Positions 19,302 to 24,035 of a stretch of 24,035 nt of DNA are shown here, one piece after another; positions within the stretch are counted from its first letter, which is position 1; the number at the start of each line of letters is the position of its first letter. Below the pieces are notes generated by a model. That model had not been told where the DNA came from, made no database searches, and was given only the letters and a program-made list of their open reading frames with translations. A program made the position numbers and the translations under genes. The stretch spans positions 1-24,035 of the forward strand of contig JBEHXF010000029.1 of NCBI GenBank assembly GCA_048498835.1, given 5' to 3'. This stretch comes from Chlamydiota bacterium. GTDB taxonomy: Bacteria > Chlamydiota > Chlamydiia > Chlamydiales > SM23-39.

Positions 19302-20039
19302 CTACTTATAGACAATTTTAATCACGTTTTCTTCTTTGTAGGTAGGCTTTAATTGGGGATTCTTATGATAGTAAATGACACGCTGTCCATAGCGTTCGCA
19401 AGCTTTCGCAACAGGATGGATGGTAGCTTGAGAAACTTCATTTCCAAATTTTGACTTAACTAAACCATTTTTGAGATAGAGTCCCATGTGTGTAAGATCT
19501 TCTTTAAAATATAGGACAAGATCTCCTTCTGCTGGAGATTGCGTAACTTCGTACCCCCATCTTGATAATCGCTCTTCCATTACCTTTTTACACGACCGTT
19601 TGCCAATAGGAGTAAAAAGGTTTTCTCTGACTGCTCTATCGCCAACCGCAAGCAAGGTATAATCAAAGCAAGAAAGAGTTTGTTTAGATAAAATCTTTCC
19701 CCATCGAGCTTGGAATTTTTGATTAATCGCAGAAATTTCCACTTTTAAATAACCTAATATTGCAAGATCTCTCTCAGAAAAATCATCGATTTTAGCATCA
19801 GATTCAAGATTGGTATCGAGTTTCAAATCATTTGCATCTTTTGCTGGATCTTTCCGCAGAAGGCAAACTGTTTTATGTGTTGGCCAATGAGCTTTTTGGC
19901 ACGATACCCCACAGTAGATCGCGGAACGACATCTTGCACATCGTTGTGTTGCGTCCTTTAGCCTGTCGCAATTTGGATTAAAACATTTATTTGCAAAGTG
20001 TTCTGGTTTGTTAGGGAAAGAAACTGGCAGAGCATTCAT
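19302..20039 (-). CDS. MYND zinc-finger protein with a possible papain/NlpC-like C-terminal domain
   Basis: CFNPNC...CARCRSAIYCGVSCQKAHWPTHKTVC is a MYND finger; the C-terminal part has SCFDY, GDLVLYF, THMG and SKFG. Confidence 0.85.
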   Translation of the reverse strand: MNALPVSFPNKPEHFANKCFNPNCDRLKDATQRCARCRSAIYCGVSCQKAHWPTHKTVCLLRKDPAKDANDLKLDTNLESDAKIDDFSERDLAILGYLKVEISAINQKFQARWGKILSKQTLSCFDYTLLAVGDRAVRENLFTPIGKRSCKKVMEERLSRWGYEVTQSPAEGDLVLYFKEDLTHMGLYLKNGLVKSKFGNEVSQATIHPVAKACERYGQRVIYYHKNPQLKPTYKEENVIKIVYK

Positions 20040-20186
20040 AAAATCCTATTTTTTGAATTTTCTGCAGGTAAGTATAGTCGATCATTTGTAATTAAGAATA
20101 GATACGGTTGCTTGACTACTTTCTGAGTAGTAGGAAGCGATTTGTGAACATCTCTTCCGATGATGCATCGGTGGGGACGCCGGTAG

Positions 20187-20274
20187 CGCAAAGCAAACTG
20201 TTGCCTTGCTCACCTCCAAAAAAAAATTGGGAAAACCTGGGTTTGTTTTTTGGAGGTGGAGAGATGCATTCAGA
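20187..20274 (-). repeat. tmRNA 3'-end duplicate (att-like site C) plus a copy of the tmRNA trailer
   Basis: 20187-20264 is a diverged direct repeat of 22583-22664 and includes TGGAGGTGGAGAGA at 20251-20264. Confidence 0.92.
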
Positions 20275-20302
20275 ACCGGCGACCAACGCAAGTTCACTTG
20301 TT

Positions 20303-21107
20303 TTAGTCTGCTCGTAAAAGAACGTTATCTAATATATACTGATATGAGAATAAGATATGAGTAGACGAAACTGCGTTTTGTTGTAACATATTAAGGGTCC
20401 AAGTAATTGCTTGGATATCAGAGTCTGTAGTAAGTAGCTGATATTCACCAATATTTACTGCTATTTTCTGAGCGGTTTCTCGGTTTTGAATCGTCCATCC
20501 TTCCGTGATACGTACAATACAACATTTTCCTGCAACATGAATAATATTGGGTCTTCGCGTTAAAGGAATATCTGGTTTTTCTCGATAAAATTCATTCAAA
20601 TGTGAAAGAAGGGTTGTGGGTAGTATGCTTTCGGTTGCATAAATTATTTTGAGAGGCCAGTCCTGATAATTTGGAATATTTAAAAGAGGCATCACGCGCT
20701 TATCCAAGGGCGACATTAAAGGAACGGAAGCTATTCCTTCCAAGGCATCAAATAGTTTGTTCCTTGTTAAGGGTCGATTTAACCGAAACAACGCCTAGAG
20801 TACCTTCTATTGGTGAAAATGATTTTTCTACTCCAGGTGTCGGCTTAAAACGTGGGGTCGTATCCGTTGTGATGATGATGTCTAATTGTCTTGATTCATT
20901 TTCTTTTTCATCAAAGACAAACCCTCCGAGAAAAACATTACATTTAGATGGAACGTGATTACGTAAAAACTCGGCATAAACACCTTCACGTGATAACCCA
21001 ACATCAGATGTATTGGGAAAGATGGAGGCGGCATCGGCCTCCCCTCGAAGGACTGCTGCTATTTTCTCATAATATTTACGCAGTCGTGAAAAGATGGGTG
21101 GGGGCAT
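20303..21107 (-). pseudogene. DUF6602-like (PD-(D/E)XK-type) protein split by a +1 frameshift
   Basis: N-part has GLSREG..EFLRNHVP, GGFVFD, SRQLDIII and SVKSTLNKEQ. Removing one A at 20756-20758 gives KEQLFDALEGIASVP and joins both track ORFs into 267 aa. Confidence 0.75.
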
Positions 21108-21184
21108 TTTTGGCAGTCTTCCTTATGAAAAAGAACCGGGAAAATTCCTAGGTCTACCATCTTTATGGATTGGGGGACGTTCGG

Positions 21185-22261
21185 TCATTTTTTGTTTCGC
21201 TCAGTTTGGTTTTTTTTTGATTTTTCCTTGGATAATTCAGCCTCAATCTGTTCAATTGTTGGCAAGCTGGTTTGTAGGTCATTGGGGAGAGACTCGATTA
21301 GCTTTGTTGTATAAGTCGCAACTCCAATTGGACGTCGGTTTTCTTGAAGAGTATATTCAACCATCAACTTCTTTTTTGTTTTGCATAGGATCATTCCAAT
21401 AGAAGGTGCGTCGCCAGGACCTTTAAGTTGAGCGTCGACTGCACTCAGATAAAAACCAACTTTCCCTGCATACTCAGGCTTGAATGGACCGCTCTTTAGT
21501 TCCACAACCACAAATCGCTTCAGCTTGAAATGATAGAACAGCAGGTCAATTAAAAATTCCTCCCCCTCAACTTCAATTCGATACTGTCGTCCGACAAAGG
21601 CAAAGCCAGTCCCTAACTCGACTAAAACTTTTTGAATATGTTCGACGAGCCCATTTTCGATTTCTGCTTCATCGGCCTTCTCTCGCATTCTTAGGAAATC
21701 GAAGCAGTAGGGGTCTTTGAGTTCAGCTTGAGCTAGATCTGAATCAGGGTGCGGGAGGGTTACTGCAAAATTTGTAATGGCTTTCCCTTGCCGGCTGTAT
21801 AGATCTGACTCAATCCACATTTCCAGAGTGTTGCGACTCCAGCCATTCTCAATTGTCTTTTTAGCATACCAAAATCGCTCTTCTATAGTTGTTAGCTTCT
21901 GGAGGAGAAGAATATTGTGCCCCCACGGAATTTGGCCAACAGCCTGTTGGCTAATTGCCAAATCCGGGTATTCTCTAGCAAATTGGACCATGTATTTGAT
22001 GTTAGTCAGTGAAAAACCTTTCATATCGGGAAACGCTGATCTAAGGTCTTTGGCAAGAGTTTCCACTGTTTTTGATCCCTAACCCTCATTTTTTTGCTTT
22101 AGAAGAATTTTTGTCCCTATTTCCCAGTAGAGACTAAGTAATTCACAGTTGACTGCTAAAGCAGCTTTGATCTGAGATGTGCGAATCCTCTCTCTCAAGA
22201 TTTCAAGTAACTCGGGATAGTCGATAGGGATTAAGTTTTGACTTTGGGTTGTTGTATTCAT
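21185..22261 (-). pseudogene. yhcG: YhcG/DUF1016 PD-(D/E)XK nuclease-like gene with an in-frame TAG
   Basis: LYWEIG, GFSLTNIKYM, KDPYCFDFL, ELGTGFAFVGRQY, IDLLFYH and VELK. The two track ORFs are in frame across TAG 22079-22081 (EG*GSK, where the family typically has GWG). Confidence 0.88.
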
Positions 22262-22436
22262 AACATGCCAATCATCTTTTTTGATTAAAGCATTGCAGTG
22301 TATCGGTGGGTAGGTAAAAAATCAAAAAAGATCTATGAAGTTCTGAAGCGCTAAAAAAGCGGGAGTTTTTAAATAAGACCTTTCAGAACTTGTAACTAAT
22401 GATTGTAAGCTTTTCTTTATAAGTCGATTGAGTGCT

Positions 22437-22469
22437 TAAAAGAGGGTTGGATGCTGATTGCATCCAACC
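22437..22469 (-). terminator. Probable intrinsic terminator after tmRNA-end copy B
   Basis: 10-bp stem GGTTGGATGC/GCATCCAACC (22445-22469) followed on the minus strand by CTCTTTT. Confidence 0.6.
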
Positions 22470-22472
22470 AAT

Positions 22473-22485
22473 TGGAGGTGGAGAG
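22473..22485 (-). repeat. tmRNA 3'-end duplicate (att-like site B)
   Basis: TGGAGGTGGAGAG is identical to 22651-22663. Confidence 0.85.
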
Positions 22486-22650
22486 CAGTCCTCCGGCGGG
22501 CGAAGCGCCCGTCCTGCCAGGCCGGTCGGTCTCGGTCGGTTTTTCGATGCGAAAAACATCGACCTTGGGCTCAATTCTCTCACGCAAGCCAAACTATTGG
22601 CTTGCTCACCTCCAAAAAAAAACCCGGGAAAACCCGGGTTTGTTTTTTTT
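22486..22650. other. GC-rich multi-hairpin non-coding spacer downstream of tmRNA
   Basis: Hairpins GGGCG-AAG-CGCCC, GGTCG.GTTTTTCG-ATG-CGAAAAAC..CGACC, GCAAGCCAA-ACTA-TTGGCTTGC and CCCGGG-AAAA-CCCGGG flanked by A and T runs. Confidence 0.8.
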
Positions 22651-23019
22651 TGGAGGTGGAGAGAATTGAACTCTCGTCCTTAGCAAGCTCGATCAACAGT
22701 CTCTACATGCTTAGAGCCTTATTGTAAGATAGCCTTGCTGCAAGGTGCGGCACTTGGGGCTAAATAAACCTTCTAGTTTCTCGGACTCCCTATTAGATGG
22801 TTCTAGAAGTTAGGGTCCATACCAAGATGTATGACGGTAAGATTCTGAAACTCTCGGTCTGATCTCAGGCTACCGCCAACCTTAAGCCGCTAGGCCTTCG
22901 AGTTGGAACTCAGAATTGTGTTCTGCGTTTATTAGTTAATCGGATTTTTTAGGAGGCCAACCGATCATCCTCCGCATGCAACCGATGCCTTACTCCCAAG
23001 TCGAAGCCTTGACACCCCC
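22651..23019 (-). ncRNA. ssrA: tmRNA
   Basis: 5' GGGGGTGTCAAGGCTTCGAC and 3' GAGAGTTCAATTCTCTCCACCTCCA form an acceptor stem with G3:U70 and a T-arm; CCA is not encoded. Tag frame 22926-22882 reads AEHNSEFQLEGLAA*. Confidence 0.96.
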
Positions 23020-23121
23020 GCAAAAGATACGATCCTCGTACCTTAAGCGGGAAGGTAAATGCTTAAGGAATATAGCTCTATTTTATCATGGAAAGGGGAT
23101 TTAATGCTAAATGATTGGCTA

Positions 23122-23595
23122 TCAATGCATCATTTGGCTCACTGGTCCCGCTGCGGGAGCTGGTTTTTGAGCGACGCAACAGTTAAAGGCATAACAGCAT
23201 TTAGAGCAGGTATAACCAAATTTCTTATTGCAACAGGTGATGTTGTCGCTGGCTGAGAGGTTGCCGATGTCTTGATTTTCGGAGGCGGTGATGAGGCCGT
23301 TGCAGCAGCTGATGGAGTGGCTTTCGGAAAGGGGGCCTTGTTGATCAGCGGAAGTGCAGAGACCATTGCAGCAATTCATTTTGGAAGAGTTGTCGCAGAG
23401 TCCCACTTTTTGACTGCACTGGCAGATTCGGCAATCGAGGCTGCAAGCGCAGCGGATGTTGGCTATTTTATCGCAACAGGCGGGGATGGCTTTCCAACAA
23501 TGCCCTAAACAAGTGCCTATTTTTTCTCAGTTGCGCGCCAAGAAGGGGAGGCCTTCTTTCGCTACACAGCAAACACAATCTACCAAAGCAGCCAT
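23122..23595 (-). CDS. Cysteine-rich protein (157 codons) interrupted by one in-frame TGA; pseudogene or recoded gene
   Basis: GGAG RBS then ATG 23595: MAALVDCVCCVAKEGLPFLARN*EKIGTCLGHCWKAIPACCDKIANIRCACSLDCRICQCSQKVG, continuing in frame into the track ORF 23122-23406. Ends TGA TAG. Confidence 0.65.
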
Positions 23596-23744
23596 AGTCG
23601 CTCCGCATTATCTTAATTATATTTTGATAAATTTAGAGACTTTGAGGATTTAAGACAATGGGCAGGTCATAATCGGCTTTTTTACATAAAAGAAAAAAGG
23701 TGCCTGTTTGCGAGCCGCTCTCCAGTCAGATCGGATGAAAACGA

Positions 23745-24035
23745 TTAAGAAGTTTTTGCTTCATCCGGATTAGGTGCCTCAAGCTTTCCCATGGTTTGAT
23801 TCCAAGCAACCTCGAAATAATTTTTATCTAAGTTTTCTTTCATAACTTTCAGATAAGCTAAAAAGGCTTTATTAATAATTTCGTCGGGTATTCTTGTTCC
23901 ATCTTTATATTGGTATGTATTATAGCTATAATCGGTGCGGAATGTGTTGTAAGTGCAGTTTGGTAAGTATTTTTGATCCAAAAAAACGTGCTTTACTCTC
24001 ACGGTACTCTTTGAATCTGGAGATGCTATAATATG
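23745..24035 (-). CDS. Hypothetical protein, C-terminal part (continues beyond the window)
   Basis: Frame is open to the window edge (HIIASPDSKSTVRVKHVFLDQKY...). Confidence 0.6.
   Translation of the reverse strand, partial: HIIASPDSKSTVRVKHVFLDQKYLPNCTYNTFRTDYSYNTYQYKDGTRIPDEIINKAFLAYLKVMKENLDKNYFEVAWNQTMGKLEAPNPDEAKTS

Noticed and set aside
22383..22727. Four short overlapping ORFs, one similar to 20108-20317
   Set aside because: They arise from GC-rich hairpin DNA and the repeated tmRNA trailer; the similarity is at DNA level.
23059..23508. Plus-strand Ala/Gly-rich frame with an internal TGA
   Set aside because: The minus frame has an RBS, internal repeats and boundaries matching the GC-richer segment; the plus frame is probably its shadow.
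1..24035. Alternative genetic code explaining in-frame stops
   Set aside because: TGA and TAG both end intact genes here (e.g. mqo TGA, autotransporter 2 TAG), so the lesions are local.

Overview
AT-rich bacterial chromosome segment, most likely from an environmental Chlamydiota member (inferred from a chlamydial-type tmRNA, Pmp-like autotransporters and eukaryote-like enzymes or effectors). The left part holds the end of an agmatinase, a deoxyhypusine-synthase-like gene, a nest of short palindromic repeats, a Mesh1-like HD hydrolase, a DUF6434 protein, a sterol-methyltransferase-like enzyme, a DUF1796 protein, a glycine-rich autotransporter, a 2OG-Fe(II) oxygenase, a permuted ATP-grasp-like protein, mqo, a cupin, fumC and a sulfotransferase. 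On the right, tmRNA (ssrA, minus strand, 22651-23019) is followed by three further copies of its last 13-14 nt (22473, 20251, 15894). The tmRNA end itself and the copies at 20251 and 15894 sit in a conserved fold-back containing an antisense copy of the tmRNA end. These sites delimit cargo blocks (structured spacer; broken YhcG plus broken DUF6602; MYND protein plus second autotransporter), with no integrase in the window. Upstream of ssrA is a Cys-rich ORF with one in-frame TGA that the ORF track truncates. All family calls are from motif recognition, not database searches.
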